Positions 1 to 10,043 of a stretch of DNA of 64,000 nucleotides are shown one piece after another. Made by a program: the position numbers and the translations under genes. How positions within the stretch are numbered: position 1 is the first letter of the stretch; each line of letters begins with the position of its first letter. The notes beneath the pieces are model-generated. The model saw only the letters and a program-made list of their open reading frames with translations, was not told the origin of the DNA and did not search any database. Location of the stretch: NCBI GenBank assembly GCA_963825815.1, contig CAWGVB010000002.1, forward strand, positions 147,564 through 211,563, read 5' to 3'. The stretch comes from an uncultured Gemmatimonadales bacterium. GTDB lineage: Bacteria; Gemmatimonadota; Gemmatimonadetes; Gemmatimonadales; GWC2-71-9.

Positions 1-935
1 GACGCAGCTCTTCGGCTACAAGACTGCCAACGAAGCCTTCGTTCTGGTAAAGGACAAGGAATGGAGCGCCCGGCTCGCCCATTACGCGGCGATGCTGCCG
101 GGACTGCAGCGGGAGCTGCCGGTGTCCGGCCGCCTACAAGCGAGAACGGCCGGGCACTGACTCCGATCTCAACGCCTACGATGCCGTCTACTACGCCGGC
201 GATGCCAACGCCGGCTCCAAGACCATCGCGATCAACCTGCCGAACGACGAGGAGGTGCAGCTTCGGAAGGGGACCCGCCGATTACAGCTCAAGAATGCCA
301 TGCAGGCCAAGTTCGAGAAGATCCTGCTGCCGGTGGCTGACGAGCTGATCGCCCAGGACCAGCGCAGTCACCTCAACTTCGACGCGTTCTTTGCCAACGT
401 CATGTTCCACGAAGTGGCGCACGGGCTGGGGATCAAGAACACCATCAACGGTAAGGGAACGGTGCGGGAGGCGCTGAAGGAGCAAGCAGGCGCCCTGGAA
501 GAAGGCAAGGCTGATATCCTGGGCCTCTACATGATCACCAAGCTGCAGCAACGGGGCGAGCTGAAGGCTCCGCTGGAGGACAATTACGTCACCTTTCTGG
601 CCAGCATCTTCCGCTCGATCCGGTTCGGCGCCTCCAACGCGCACGGCAGAGCCAACGCCGCCCAGTTCTCCTTCTTCGAAGAACGGGGCGCGTTCAGCCG
701 GGACTCCACCACCGGACGGTATCGAGTGGATTTTCCCCGGATGAAGGCAGCAGTGGACGCTCTGGCCGAGCAGATACTCCGCTTCCAGGGCGATGGAGAC
801 TACGTGGGCGTGACCCGCTTCATGGAGGAACGGGGAAAGCTGTCACCGACGCTCCAGCAGGATCTGGCGCGGCTCGGAAGTAAGGGAATTCCGGTGGATG
901 TCGTGTTCGAGCAGGGTGAGCAGATTCTGAAATGA
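1..935 (+). CDS. Peptidase M49 (dipeptidyl-peptidase III-like) Zn-dependent hydrolase, 5'-truncated; +1 frameshift near 125
   Basis: HEVAHGLG zinc motif, EEGKADILG, and IAINLPNDEEV upstream in frame with ORF 255..935. The frame starting at base 2 (TQLFGYKTANEAFVLVKD...ELPV) joins after one extra base. Confidence 0.8.
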
Positions 936-951
936 CCCGCATGGAGACCAG

Positions 952-1746
952 TTGTGGCCAAGCCTGAGGTTCACGTCCGGAGTGTTCGGAGACGCCGAAC
1001 CGAGCCCCTGCCGCCTCCCACTGTCACGCCCCCTCAACATTCGGAACTGGCTGATTTACGCGGGCCTAGCAACGCTGGTTGCCTCCCTGATGCTGGACGG
1101 GTTTCTCCGGGATCACCCCCAGCATCCGCTTCCCAAGCTGTCGTATGCGGTTGAGGTGCGCTCTGCCCTGGCCGAGGTAGGCGACTCCCTTCAGGTCGTG
1201 GTCTCCTGGGATCTCACTTTGTCGGACCCGGAAGGACGGCCCGATTCCGTCCTGATCAAGGTCACTCCCGGCCAAGGGAAACGGGCGGTGCTCGCGATCC
1301 AGACTCCAAACCAGTTATCGGACACCGTTTACCTCCAGGTTCCCCAGAGAGGCGAGACCCTCGCGGGGCTCTCTTGTGTCGCGACCGAACATGATGGCTA
1401 CCCGGTGGATGAGAGCTGTACTCCGTGGCAATACGTCCGCCCCGCGGCAGCGGCGGCCGGAACGGTGAGTCAGATCATGATCAAGCCCAACGGCCTTCAG
1501 GTTGATCCTGACGTAGGAGGGAGGTGCGCGCAGTGGCAGCGGGCCCACCCGGACCTTACCGTCTGGATCCAGGTAAACGTCACCGCAGTTCCAGAGTGCA
1601 CCGGGCCCAACCACAAGCCGGCGGTCGCCCAGTTCTGCGCCTTTGCCGTGCTGCCCGGCGGGAAGCGGGTTAAAACCGCAACCTCGAGCAACAACAGCTA
1701 CTGCGATGAGCTTTTTGTCGAATGGAGTCGGGAGCTGTATTCCTGA
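952..1746 (+). CDS. Hypothetical membrane-anchored, Cys-rich extracytoplasmic protein
   Basis: 264-aa ORF with a hydrophobic segment (WLIYAGLATLVASLML) and several Cys in beta-rich C-terminal regions; start uncertain. Confidence 0.55.
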   Translation: MWPSLRFTSGVFGDAEPSPCRLPLSRPLNIRNWLIYAGLATLVASLMLDGFLRDHPQHPLPKLSYAVEVRSALAEVGDSLQVVVSWDLTLSDPEGRPDSVLIKVTPGQGKRAVLAIQTPNQLSDTVYLQVPQRGETLAGLSCVATEHDGYPVDESCTPWQYVRPAAAAAGTVSQIMIKPNGLQVDPDVGGRCAQWQRAHPDLTVWIQVNVTAVPECTGPNHKPAVAQFCAFAVLPGGKRVKTATSSNNSYCDELFVEWSRELYS

Positions 1747-2573
1747 GATGCTTTGCTGCCCTTGGGCTCCGTGACATCCCGCTGGGTTCCCCAGGCCCCC
1801 ACCAGCTGACCTCTCTCGAAGATCCCCACCAGGTTATTCACGAAATACTTGGATTTGCCGTATCGGTCGATCTCATGGGAGTGCGCATCCTCCAGGCGGT
1901 AACCGCTTCGAATGAAGCTTCGGAGGTAGGCGAGGTTCTCAGGGTTTGAGGGAGGACAGAACACCACCAGACGAGTTCCAACCACGTCGGCGGCAGACCG
2001 AAAACCGTACATCCGAGCGAATGCGTCGTTACACTCCGCCAGCACTGAATACAGATAGAGATGCTCGACCTGCTCGTCCTCGGGCAGTGTGATGTCCAGG
2101 GGCTGCTCGTGACGGAACCGCCAGGTAGCCTCGGTGGTAACCTCGCGAAGACGGGGCGAAGCGACCGTCGCAATTGCCGGTTTCGCGTCGGCCATCACGA
2201 GCGGCAGAGCCGGCCGATCGCCGGCGGAATGCGGGGTGGGCTGCCCTGCGGATGGATTTGGGCGGCCGGGGCCGGCTCTCCGGAACCGGCTACACAGCAA
2301 GACCAGAAGGACTCCGGCCACAGCGAGCACCGGATCGCGAGCCACCAAGGTAGCAAGTCCAAGCGCCAGGATGCCCGGACCAGTCCCACCATAGAGTGCG
2401 CTTACCGCTACCGCAACGAGCAGAACCGGCCGGCCGTCGTATGCCCCTGCGCCTATCTTCCCCACACCGAACAGCAGTAGAACGCCCAAACCCACAGACA
2501 CCACCGCGACAGCGTACCGCAGGAGTGGGGTAAACGGGATTGAAAGCGGCCGGAAGCGAGGAGAGCTAGACAC
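1698..2573 (-). CDS. Membrane sensor-like protein (DUF4118-like TM region + PAS domain), no output domain
   Basis: N-terminal TM helices (YAVAVVSV...SALYGGTGPG); PAS/PAC-like segment CNDAFARMYGF...GAWGTQRDVTE. Confidence 0.6.
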   Translation of the reverse strand: MSSSPRFRPLSIPFTPLLRYAVAVVSVGLGVLLLFGVGKIGAGAYDGRPVLLVAVAVSALYGGTGPGILALGLATLVARDPVLAVAGVLLVLLCSRFRRAGPGRPNPSAGQPTPHSAGDRPALPLVMADAKPAIATVASPRLREVTTEATWRFRHEQPLDITLPEDEQVEHLYLYSVLAECNDAFARMYGFRSAADVVGTRLVVFCPPSNPENLAYLRSFIRSGYRLEDAHSHEIDRYGKSKYFVNNLVGIFERGQLVGAWGTQRDVTEPKGSKASQEYSSRLHSTKSSSQ

Positions 2574-2667
2574 CCGGAAACGTTTCCTTATCGAGCGTAT
2601 CTGAAGCTAGAGCCACCGTCGAGGGGGCACAACCAAGACGATGCCTCACTCGCGTCGCCAGTCGCAC

Positions 2668-2701
2668 AAAAGCCGGAGGAACGCGAAGTCCCTCCGGCTT
2701 T
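2668..2701 (-). terminator. Intrinsic terminator, possibly bidirectional
   Basis: AAAAGCCGGAGG-N11-CCTCCGGCTTT stem with T-tracts on both strands, 21 bp downstream of the 2723 stop. Confidence 0.8.
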
Positions 2702-2722
2702 AGAGTGCTGTCCAGGTCTGGA

Positions 2723-3430
2723 TTAGACGCGAGACAGACGGCGCTCCGGACCGCTGTAGTTGGTATCGTGCCGGTATCTCCGCTCGTTGCCTCTCCAGGC
2801 CTCGGTTCCTCCCTGGACGTTGGCGTCCCCGGTCCACTCTACCCTGGCCTCTTCCCGGCGCACGGTATCGGAACCGCGGCTCGAACCAACAGCGCTGCTC
2901 ATGTCCCGCCCCATGGAGCCGAGATCGGCGCCGCTCTCGTAGAGACAGGTCCGAGCTTCTTCGGCCCGGTTTCCGGCTGAAACCGTGACCAGGGTACCTC
3001 CCGAGCGGAACCCTTGATCGAAGTGCTTGGCATCCTCTTCGGGCACGCCCATCCCTACCAGGGCGCCCAGAAGGCCACCCGCGGCCGCGCCGATCCCGGC
3101 CCCGGCGAGGGTCGAGGCCAGGGTTCCGCCCGCGATGATGGGGCCGACACCGGGAATGGCCAGTGCGCCGACTCCCGCGAGCAGTCCGATCACGCCTCCC
3201 AGCACACCACCTCCAATGGCCCCGCTAGCTGCGCCTTCCGCTGCCTGCGTCCCGGTCCCCTCGATCAGCTCCTCCTGCCTGCCTCGATCCTTGATGGCCA
3301 CGCCGATCTGGCTCTCCGCGAAGCCTCGTTCCTTGAGCCGCTGGATAGCACGCTCAGCGTCCGCCTGATTGTGAAAAAGAGCCACCACCGTACCGCTGGT
3401 TCGGGTGGTCTCGTTGTCTCGATTGCTCAT
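2723..3430 (-). CDS. General stress protein (YflT/17M-like domain + glycine zipper)
   Basis: VVALF..QADAERAI..L...GF; glycine zipper GAIGGGVLGGVIGLLAG..IPGVGPIIAGG; ATG at 3430 preceded by AGGAGA. Confidence 0.8.
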   Translation of the reverse strand: MSNRDNETTRTSGTVVALFHNQADAERAIQRLKERGFAESQIGVAIKDRGRQEELIEGTGTQAAEGAASGAIGGGVLGGVIGLLAGVGALAIPGVGPIIAGGTLASTLAGAGIGAAAGGLLGALVGMGVPEEDAKHFDQGFRSGGTLVTVSAGNRAEEARTCLYESGADLGSMGRDMSSAVGSSRGSDTVRREEARVEWTGDANVQGGTEAWRGNERRYRHDTNYSGPERRLSRV

Positions 3431-3576
3431 GATGAATCTCCTTGCTCTTCGATGTCGAAAATCACGTCCCGCTACACCAGCCGACAACGTAGGGTTGGTA
3501 AGAAGATGATGGAGTGATCAATCTCACCGATAACGCAACAAGATCAGGAGGGGGATCAGTTATACTACGGGACGAC

Positions 3577-3658
3577 GCGAACGTGGCGGAATCGGCAGAC
3601 GCGCAGGACTTAGGATCCTGTCCCGAAAGGGGTGCGGGTTCAACTCCCGCCGTTCGCA
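3577..3658 (+). tRNA. tRNA-Leu (anticodon TAG)
   Basis: Acceptor stem GCGAACG/CGTTCGC, D-arm GGCGGAATCGGCAGACGC, anticodon arm CAGGA-CTTAGGA-TCCTG, long variable arm, T-loop GGTTCAACTCC; no encoded CCA; TATACT -10 at 3561-3566. Confidence 0.97.
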
Positions 3659-3681
3659 TTCGAGATGTTCGACCCCTCCCG

Positions 3682-3721
3682 GCTTCCCTGCTTCCCCGCT
3701 TCCCTGCTTCCCCGCCTCCAC
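3682..3721. repeat. Tandem octamer array (GCTTCCCY)x4 plus one degenerate unit
   Basis: gcttccct gcttcccc gcttccct gcttcccc gcctccac, just downstream of the tRNA. Confidence 0.85.
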
Positions 3722-3799
3722 CCCCCGGCACGTCCATTGCTCTGACTGCCCTCTCAGGTCGTACTAGCCGCTGAAATCACGCTTTACGGAGTCAGGCCA

Positions 3800-4549
3800 A
3801 TGTCAGACAGACGGGTGAACGGGCATCTTGCGTCAACCGGCGTCCTGGTCCTGATCCTGGGGCTGCCCCTGTTTGGCTGCGCCGGCAAATCGGCTGAGAC
3901 CGCCCCGGCACCGGCCACCGCGTCCCGCCGTGCCGTCCGGGTTCAGACGGCGGTCAAGGCCGAACAGGACCGGCGGATCTCCCGGCTCGAGCTCGCCCTG
4001 CTGGAGAAAACGGCCCAAGTCGAGGAGCTGCAGGGTCAGCTGGACGAGGCGCGGGAAGAGGTAGTTCGCGCCATGGCCAAGCTTCAGACCTTGGCCAGTA
4101 GAGCGGAAGCTGCGTCAGGCATGGCGGAGGCCGAGGTCGCGCTGCAACCGTTGAAAGCCCGGTCGGCCCAGCAGACCGCGCCGGAAGCCACCCAGGCTGC
4201 CCGGCTCCTGCGAGAGGCCTCCACCGAGTTCAGTCAGGAGAACTACGGCGGGGCCTTGTATCTGGCGACCCAGGCCAAGGCCTTGGCTGCAGCCGGTACC
4301 GGGCGTCTGTCGGCTCGGGATCGTTCGGCCGACCGGCCGGGTGAGAAGCCATTCGCGGTTCCGGTCCCACTCAAGGCCATCGGCTCAGGAAATGTGCGGG
4401 AGGCACCGGGCACCACCGCGCCTGTGGCATTTGCAGTGGAAGGTGGGGACAGCCTGACCGGCTATTCCTATCTGGAGGACTGGGTGCGGATCAGCGATGA
4501 CATGGGGCGGGGGGGTTGGATCTTCCGGAAGCTGATCGTCCGCCGTTAG
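3800..4549 (+). CDS. Lipoprotein with coiled coil and C-terminal bacterial SH3-like domain
   Basis: Lipobox-like LFGC; heptad-rich middle; NVREAPG...WVRISDDMGRGGWI SH3b pattern. Confidence 0.7.
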   Translation: MSDRRVNGHLASTGVLVLILGLPLFGCAGKSAETAPAPATASRRAVRVQTAVKAEQDRRISRLELALLEKTAQVEELQGQLDEAREEVVRAMAKLQTLASRAEAASGMAEAEVALQPLKARSAQQTAPEATQAARLLREASTEFSQENYGGALYLATQAKALAAAGTGRLSARDRSADRPGEKPFAVPVPLKAIGSGNVREAPGTTAPVAFAVEGGDSLTGYSYLEDWVRISDDMGRGGWIFRKLIVRR

Positions 4550-6200
4550 CTAGGCCTTTCCCTTCACATTGGCCGGCTTCGTGCCGGCCCGCACGACCCG
4601 ATTCCGCCCGGCGCGCTTGGCGGCGTAGAGAGCCTCGTCCGCGTTCGCGATCACTTCCTCCGCCGTCTCCCCATGGTTGGGGAATTCAGCTATTCCGATG
4701 CTGAGAGTGATTTTGCGCCCGGCAAACTGGTTGGACTCGACCCGGGCTCTGATCCGCTCGGCCACCTCGTTCGCCACCTCCCCGGTGGTCCCGGTCAGCA
4801 GCACGGCAAATTCCTCCCCGCCGTAGCGCGCCGTACAATCCTCGGACCGGGTGGAGTTCAGCAGAATGCTCGCCACCTTCTTGAGGACTTCGTCTCCGGC
4901 CGGGTGGCCGAATGCATCGTTGTACTTCTTGAACTCGTCCACATCCGCCATCAGGATGCTGAATGCGCCCTTGTGGCGATAGGACCGTAGCAGCTCCTCG
5001 GAAAGGCGCTGGGTGAGATAACGGCGATTGTACAGGCCGGTGAGCGAATCCGAGGTTGAGAGCCGTTCCAGATCTTCGTTCTGCTTGCGGAGCCGGTCAT
5101 TCATCGTGTCGAGCTCTTGGCGACCCTGCCGCAGGCGGGCGACCATGTGGTTGAACACATCGGTCAACTCGCCGACTTCGCCGGTGGCGGCAGGCAGGTC
5201 CACCGCCAGGTCGCCCTCGGCCACCTCAACCGCGCCCTGGATCAGCCGCTCGAGCGGCAGAACGATCCGGATTCCCAGCCGGTACGCCATGAACCCGACC
5301 GCGAGCAGCAGCCCACACACCATGAGCAGGCTGACGTCGCGGAATCGCCGGATCTCCTGGAAGGCGGCATCGGCTGGAATCTCAGAGACGACGGCCCACT
5401 TGGCCCGGGGAATTCGCTTGAGGCTGCCCACCACCTCCGCGCCCGACAGGCCCTCGTAGCCGATCACCAGGCCCTCGCGTGACTTGAGCCGGTCCAGCGT
5501 GCGCGGCTTGAGACGGGACTTCATGAATTCGGCGGAGCTCTCGGCAGTCCCGACCAGCATGTCGCCGTTGATGGTGATCAGAAACGCCTGGCCGCCCCGG
5601 GGGGCGAAGGCCCGTAATCCTTTCTGTGCTCCGCGGAGGCTCAGCCGGGCCGCCAGTGCTCCGAGCATCTGGCCCTCTCCGCGCTCGACCGGCACCGCCA
5701 CCACCAGCACGCCTTTGGTCAGTGACTCGTCCCAGCTGGCCTGCCCCACTAGCGCGTTGTTGGTGCTCAGCTCCTTGGCCCAGTCGGCCGGAAGCCGGAT
5801 GCCCTTACCCTGGGGACTGGTAGCAGCAATCGGCCGACCCTGGGGGTCGAACGACCACGAGATCTTCGTACTCGTTGAATCGGTCCCGGACCGAGGTGAG
5901 ATAGTCGTTCAGGCGTTCCTGCGAGTTGCCGGGCCGGCGGCGGGCGAGTTTTTCCGAGACCTCGTAGGAGCTGGCGAACACCCGGAGGTCGTACAGGCGC
6001 TCCTTCAGCCACACGTCCATTTCTCGGGCAGCCTGGCCGCTGGAGCTGAGCAGCTCCTGCTTGATCTTTGCTTCCAGGGCGCGGCTGTTCTGGCTGTAGG
6101 AGATCCATGCGGTGAGCCCGGACGGGATGAGGGCTACGGTCAGCGCAAAGACCAGAATCTTGCTTCGGACCGTGTCCATTCTCAGCCGCAGCTTGGGCAA
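4550..6200 (-). CDS. Diguanylate cyclase (TM-dCache-like-TM-HAMP-GGDEF); +1 frameshift near 5852
   Basis: ORFs 5805..6200 and 4550..5749 join after one extra base (…DPQGRPIAATSPQG…); DSLTGLYNRR, RSED I-site, RYGGEEF. Confidence 0.9.
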
Positions 6201-6361
6201 GGCAGTTTCCTCGGTCAGGTTGGGTCACGCCGATAGGCTGAGGCCTCCAAGCAGGTCCCAGGCCAATCGTTATTGCTATGATGGGCAACGAGATAGGTGA
6301 AAGAACCGGGGCAGGAAAAGCGGTGCGCTGCCGCCGCTCTGGCAGATTCCCTCAGCGCGGT

Positions 6362-6727
6362 CTAGTCTCGGGCGAGCAGCTTTCGGACGGTGCCGGTCAG
6401 GGTGGCGATGCTGAAAGGCTTGTAGATGGTCGGAATGTCGGAGGGCAAGTGCCCCAACCGCTCCCGCCGGACCAGGTCATCGATGTGGAGGATCGGCAGC
6501 TCGGGAAAATCCTGCCGGACCCGCGCCACCAGCTCGGGTCCGGTGAGACCTGGCATGTAATTGTTGGTAACGATCAGGTCAAACCCGGTGTCGGCTCCGC
6601 GGGCCGCGTCCAGCGCAGCACGGCCATTGGCCACTGCAACGACTTCATACCCTTCATCCGTCAGAGCACGAACGATGAGAGCCCGAACCATCGGCTCGTC
6701 ATCGACGACGAGGATGCGCGCGGCCAT
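6362..6727 (-). CDS. Single-domain response regulator, atypical (phosphoacceptor Asp appears replaced by Asn)
   Basis: ILVVDDE, IVTNNYMPG in place of ..TD..MPG, YKPF. Confidence 0.8.
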   Translation of the reverse strand: MAARILVVDDEPMVRALIVRALTDEGYEVVAVANGRAALDAARGADTGFDLIVTNNYMPGLTGPELVARVRQDFPELPILHIDDLVRRERLGHLPSDIPTIYKPFSIATLTGTVRKLLARD

Positions 6728-6835
6728 CCGATCTTTCCTGAGCAGGCTGTGGCGTTGAACTGCACCATCATACTGCGGGCCTGATGATCACGCGAGTCCC
6801 CTAGGCGGGTCCTCGGCGGCGGTCGTACAGCGTGG

Positions 6836-6865
6836 TTGACACTCAGTGCTGAGCGCTCTTAGCTT
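6836..6865 (+). promoter_or_regulatory. Sigma70-type promoter of the attenuated leader
   Basis: TTGACA (6836-6841), 18-bp spacer, TAGCTT (6860-6865). Confidence 0.65.
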
Positions 6866-6895
6866 GCCAGTGAACGCTCATTCGTCGGAGAAACG

Positions 6896-6988
6896 ATGGA
6901 TCACGGTCTACCGCACTTCCTCCAGCTCAACCCCCGGCGGCACAACCGCGGGCTTCGCTGCGCACTGCGCAGAGACCAGGGAGCGTAG
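6896..6988 (+). CDS. Putative 30-aa leader peptide MDHGLPHFLQLNPRRHNRGLRCALRRDQGA
   Basis: GGAGA RBS 4 nt before ATG; TAG stop lies in the 5' arm of a predicted antiterminator; below the ORF-track size cut-off. Confidence 0.65.
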   Translation: MDHGLPHFLQLNPRRHNRGLRCALRRDQGA

Positions 6989-7055
6989 GCCTTCACTACA
7001 AGCTCGGACAGTACGTCGTGCACCAGGCCCGCTCCAGATGAGCGGGCTTTTTGTT
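6980..7055 (+). terminator. Attenuator: antiterminator (6980-6992 pairs with 7025-7035) versus terminator (7027-7055)
   Basis: Terminator GCCCGCTC-cagat-GAGCGGGC-TTTTTGTT; GGAGCG(ta)GGCCT can form 11 bp with AGGCCCGCTCC. Confidence 0.8.
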
Positions 7056-7077
7056 GAGCTTATACCTGGGAGTAGCG

Positions 7078-8685
7078 ATGACCAACCCAGCTGCGGGGAA
7101 TACCCCGCGGATTGTGGTTCATCCACCCGCCCTGCTGCCCTCGAATCCGGAACGCGGCCCCAGCGATGCTGAGCCGGACGCGGTGCCGCTCCTTCGGACC
7201 GAAGCCGGTGAGGCGCGGAAGCTGGGGACCCTGGTCGACGTCAGCCAGGCGCTTGCCGGACACCTGAGTCTGCCCGCAGGTCTCTCGGACGTCCTACTCA
7301 TTCTGGTCCGGCGCTGTTCGGTACTTCGGGGGGGCGTGGCTCTCTTGCACGAGCAAACCGGGGCCCTCGAGATCAGGGCCCAGGTCGGGCTGCGCCACGA
7401 TCGGGAGGGCGATTCCTACGGCCCCGCCCAGGGGGTCCTGGCAGAGGCGGCCACGACCGGAGAGACTCTCGTTATCGGCCGCCAGGTTGACGGGACCAGC
7501 GAGCACACCGCGCTGGCAGTGCCGATCGTGCTTCACCGGCGCTGCATCGGCTCGCTGATGGTCGAGGTGCGATTCCGTCCTGAGCGCGACGTGGATCGCC
7601 TGCTGAAATTTCTGCGGGTAGTGGCCTCCATGATTTCGCAGGCAGTCCGGATTCACCGGCTGCTCGAAGTGGAGCGGCAAAAGCTGGTCTCGGAAAACGC
7701 CCAGCTGCGGCAGGAGCTGCAGCAACGGAATCCCCTCTTCAGCCTCGTGGGAGCCAGCGGCCCCATGCGCCAGCTGTACGAATCGGTGGCACGGGTTGCT
7801 GGAGGTAACACCACGGTGTTGATCCGGGGCGAATCGGGCACGGGCAAGGAGCTAGTCGCCCAAGCGGTTCACCTGCACTCGCCCCGGGCCCAGAAGCCTT
7901 TCGTCAAGGTGAACTGCGCCGCCTTGCCCGAAACCCTGGTCGAATCCGAGCTGTTCGGCTACGAACGAGGGGCGTTTACCGGAGCGCAGCAGCGGAAGAA
8001 AGGACGCTTCGAGCTGGCCAACGGCGGAACCTTGTTTCTGGATGAGATCGGGGAACTGAGTCCGTCCACACAGGTGAAGCTGCTGCGGGTCCTCCAGGAG
8101 CGAGAGTTCGAGCGGGTGGGAGGAACGGAGTCGGTGCCGGTGGACGTGCGAGTGATTGCCGCCACCAACCGGGACTTGGAGAAAGCATTGGCCGACTCGA
8201 CCTTCCGGGAGGACCTGTACTACCGGTTGAATGTCTTCCCCATCTTCATCCCGCCGCTTCGCGCCCGCAAAGCCGACGTGCTTCCCCTGGCCGATCACTT
8301 CATCGAGAAGTATGCCCGGGAGCACGGGAAGAGCATCCGGCGGATCTCTACCTCGGCCATCGACCTGCTGTCCAGCTATCACTGGCCCGGCAACGTACGG
8401 GAGCTGGAGAACACCATCGAGCGAGCCGTTCTGTTGGCGGACGAAGAGGTCGTTCACGGTTACCACCTGCCGCCGACGCTCCAGACCGCCGATGCCACCG
8501 GCACAGTAGTGAGCACTTCGCTCGACAATGCGGTCGAGGCTTTTGAGCGCAGTCTGATCGAGGACGCGCTCAAGACCGCGCGGGGTAACCGCTCCAGGGC
8601 AGCGAGGCTCCTGGGCACGACTCAACGGGTCATCAGTTACAAGGTCAGGAAATACGGGATAGATCCGGCCCGACTGAAGTCGTAA
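7078..8685 (+). CDS. NifA-like sigma54 enhancer-binding protein (GAF-AAA+-Fis HTH)
   Basis: GAF-like N-terminus; [32 protein letters not shown]; C-terminal HTH; ATG at 7078 after GGGAG. Confidence 0.93.
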   Translation: MTNPAAGNTPRIVVHPPALLPSNPERGPSDAEPDAVPLLRTEAGEARKLGTLVDVSQALAGHLSLPAGLSDVLLILVRRCSVLRGGVALLHEQTGALEIRAQVGLRHDREGDSYGPAQGVLAEAATTGETLVIGRQVDGTSEHTALAVPIVLHRRCIGSLMVEVRFRPERDVDRLLKFLRVVASMISQAVRIHRLLEVERQKLVSENAQLRQELQQRNPLFSLVGASGPMRQLYESVARVAGGNTTVLIRGESGTGKELVAQAVHLHSPRAQKPFVKVNCAALPETLVESELFGYERGAFTGAQQRKKGRFELANGGTLFLDEIGELSPSTQVKLLRVLQEREFERVGGTESVPVDVRVIAATNRDLEKALADSTFREDLYYRLNVFPIFIPPLRARKADVLPLADHFIEKYAREHGKSIRRISTSAIDLLSSYHWPGNVRELENTIERAVLLADEEVVHGYHLPPTLQTADATGTVVSTSLDNAVEAFERSLIEDALKTARGNRSRAARLLGTTQRVISYKVRKYGIDPARLKS

Positions 8686-8914
8686 TGGCCTCCCTGCTTT
8701 CAGGCCCGGCTTCGGTGCGGGAGGAATAAGCGGCAACCGCAGCAACGAGGAGATTGGCCACGATGATGGGCAACGCCTGGAGCAGGATGCCGTACACCAC
8801 CCAGAGCACCGCAGCGGCGGCCTGGGTCAGGCGGAGAGCTTGCTGGCTCTTCCGGGAGTAGGATGCCAGGAAGACGGCCGTGGCGAGCCATCCCAGCGCG
8901 TCGACGGCTTTCAT
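8645..8914 (-). CDS. Small inner-membrane protein (YgjV-like / PQ-loop-like)
   Basis: 89 aa, three hydrophobic segments, [15 protein letters not shown] motif; ATGA overlap with the HAD gene. Confidence 0.7.
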   Translation of the reverse strand: MKAVDALGWLATAVFLASYSRKSQQALRLTQAAAAVLWVVYGILLQALPIIVANLLVAAVAAYSSRTEAGPESREAITTSVGPDLSRIS

Positions 8915-9720
8915 GCGACGGCCGGGTAGCGATCGGGATGGGCGCCCCGGATGATCAGCGAGTCAGTCCGCGCCTTGTCCCACTCCTGCAGCACAAAGCC
9001 GTGGGAGCCGAAGAAGGCCCTGATTGCGCCGGCATCGAGTTGGACGATCTCCTCCAGCACCGGAACCATCACGCTGAGCACGTCATCGCTGAGCACGGTT
9101 CTCCGCGCAATCGGGGTCAGAAACTTGTTCTCCGACACCGCGACCGTCAGTCCATCCAGCCGGTTCACGTGCAGCATGACATGCACGTCCGATCCTCCAT
9201 CTCCGACATAGACAATGCGGTCGCCGCTCAGTCCCAGCTCGGCCCGGAGCTGGTCCAGGACGGCCACCTTCCCGTATCCGGCCGGCACCCGGACGATGGA
9301 CTGGATCTCCCCGTTTCCAGGATCGTAGCGGAAGCGGGTACCGTGGATCCGCTCCGGCGGGACCATTCCGGCCAGCGCAGAACGGATCACTTCCTCTGGC
9401 GCGGCCGAAATGACGCAAAAGGTGAAGCGGAACCCCTGCAGTGAGTCCAGCACCCGGCCGAGCGCCGCGATGTGCTGCTTGAGCCGGATGCGACGGCCCA
9501 CCTCTTCCAGGTCCTCCTTCCGCACCCGCCGGTATTCCGGGTCGTGGAGCAAAAGGTAGGAGAGCTCAGCGCCCTGATTTACCAGATGCATGGACGAGAG
9601 CCCGGCGCACTTTTCCTCGAAGCCGCCGATTCCGAGCATCTCGCTCAGTAGAATGCCGGAATCGTTGAAGCTCAGCGTCTGATCGAAGTCACTGGCCAGG
9701 AGATAGTGCTTAGGGGTCAT
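8911..9720 (-). CDS. HAD-IB family phosphatase (phosphoserine phosphatase/MtnX-like)
   Basis: DFDQTL motif I, ISA motif [14 protein letters not shown] motif IV. Confidence 0.85.
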   Translation of the reverse strand: MTPKHYLLASDFDQTLSFNDSGILLSEMLGIGGFEEKCAGLSSMHLVNQGAELSYLLLHDPEYRRVRKEDLEEVGRRIRLKQHIAALGRVLDSLQGFRFTFCVISAAPEEVIRSALAGMVPPERIHGTRFRYDPGNGEIQSIVRVPAGYGKVAVLDQLRAELGLSGDRIVYVGDGGSDVHVMLHVNRLDGLTVAVSENKFLTPIARRTVLSDDVLSVMVPVLEEIVQLDAGAIRAFFGSHGFVLQEWDKARTDSLIIRGAHPDRYPAVA

Positions 9721-10043
9721 GGCCGCTTGACAACTGCCGGTGAGCGAGCGGCGATCTCCCGTCTCACCAGCGCAGCATCAAGAAAGGCCTGCTCCAGCGG
9801 GACCACGTGAGGACGCGCCGCCTCGGCCGAGGCGCCGGGACGCTCCATCAGTGGCGCGGGCCCGCAGTGAATCACCGGCGCCGCATCGTTCCATTCTCTC
9901 ACCCGCTCTCGAGAGCGGGCGTCGAGCCTGGCAGTGGTGTGGGTGGCAAGGCCCAATGTCGGGCTCTGAGCCTGGAGCACTCCGCCCCGACTTATTCCCA
10001 GGGCCACCAGCATGGGCGCGATGACAGTTGTTCGATGTCTCAT
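9717..10043 (-). CDS. Hypothetical exported protein, first gene of the sigma54 operon
   Basis: GAGGAG RBS, signal-peptide-like N-terminus, ATGA overlap with the HAD gene. Confidence 0.5.
   Translation of the reverse strand: MRHRTTVIAPMLVALGISRGGVLQAQSPTLGLATHTTARLDARSRERVREWNDAAPVIHCGPAPLMERPGASAEAARPHVVPLEQAFLDAALVRREIAARSPAVVKRP

Noticed and set aside
7078-8685. nifA / nitrogen fixation
   Set aside because: The architecture is NifA-like, but there are no nif genes in the window and the candidate enhancer is not TGT-N10-ACA.
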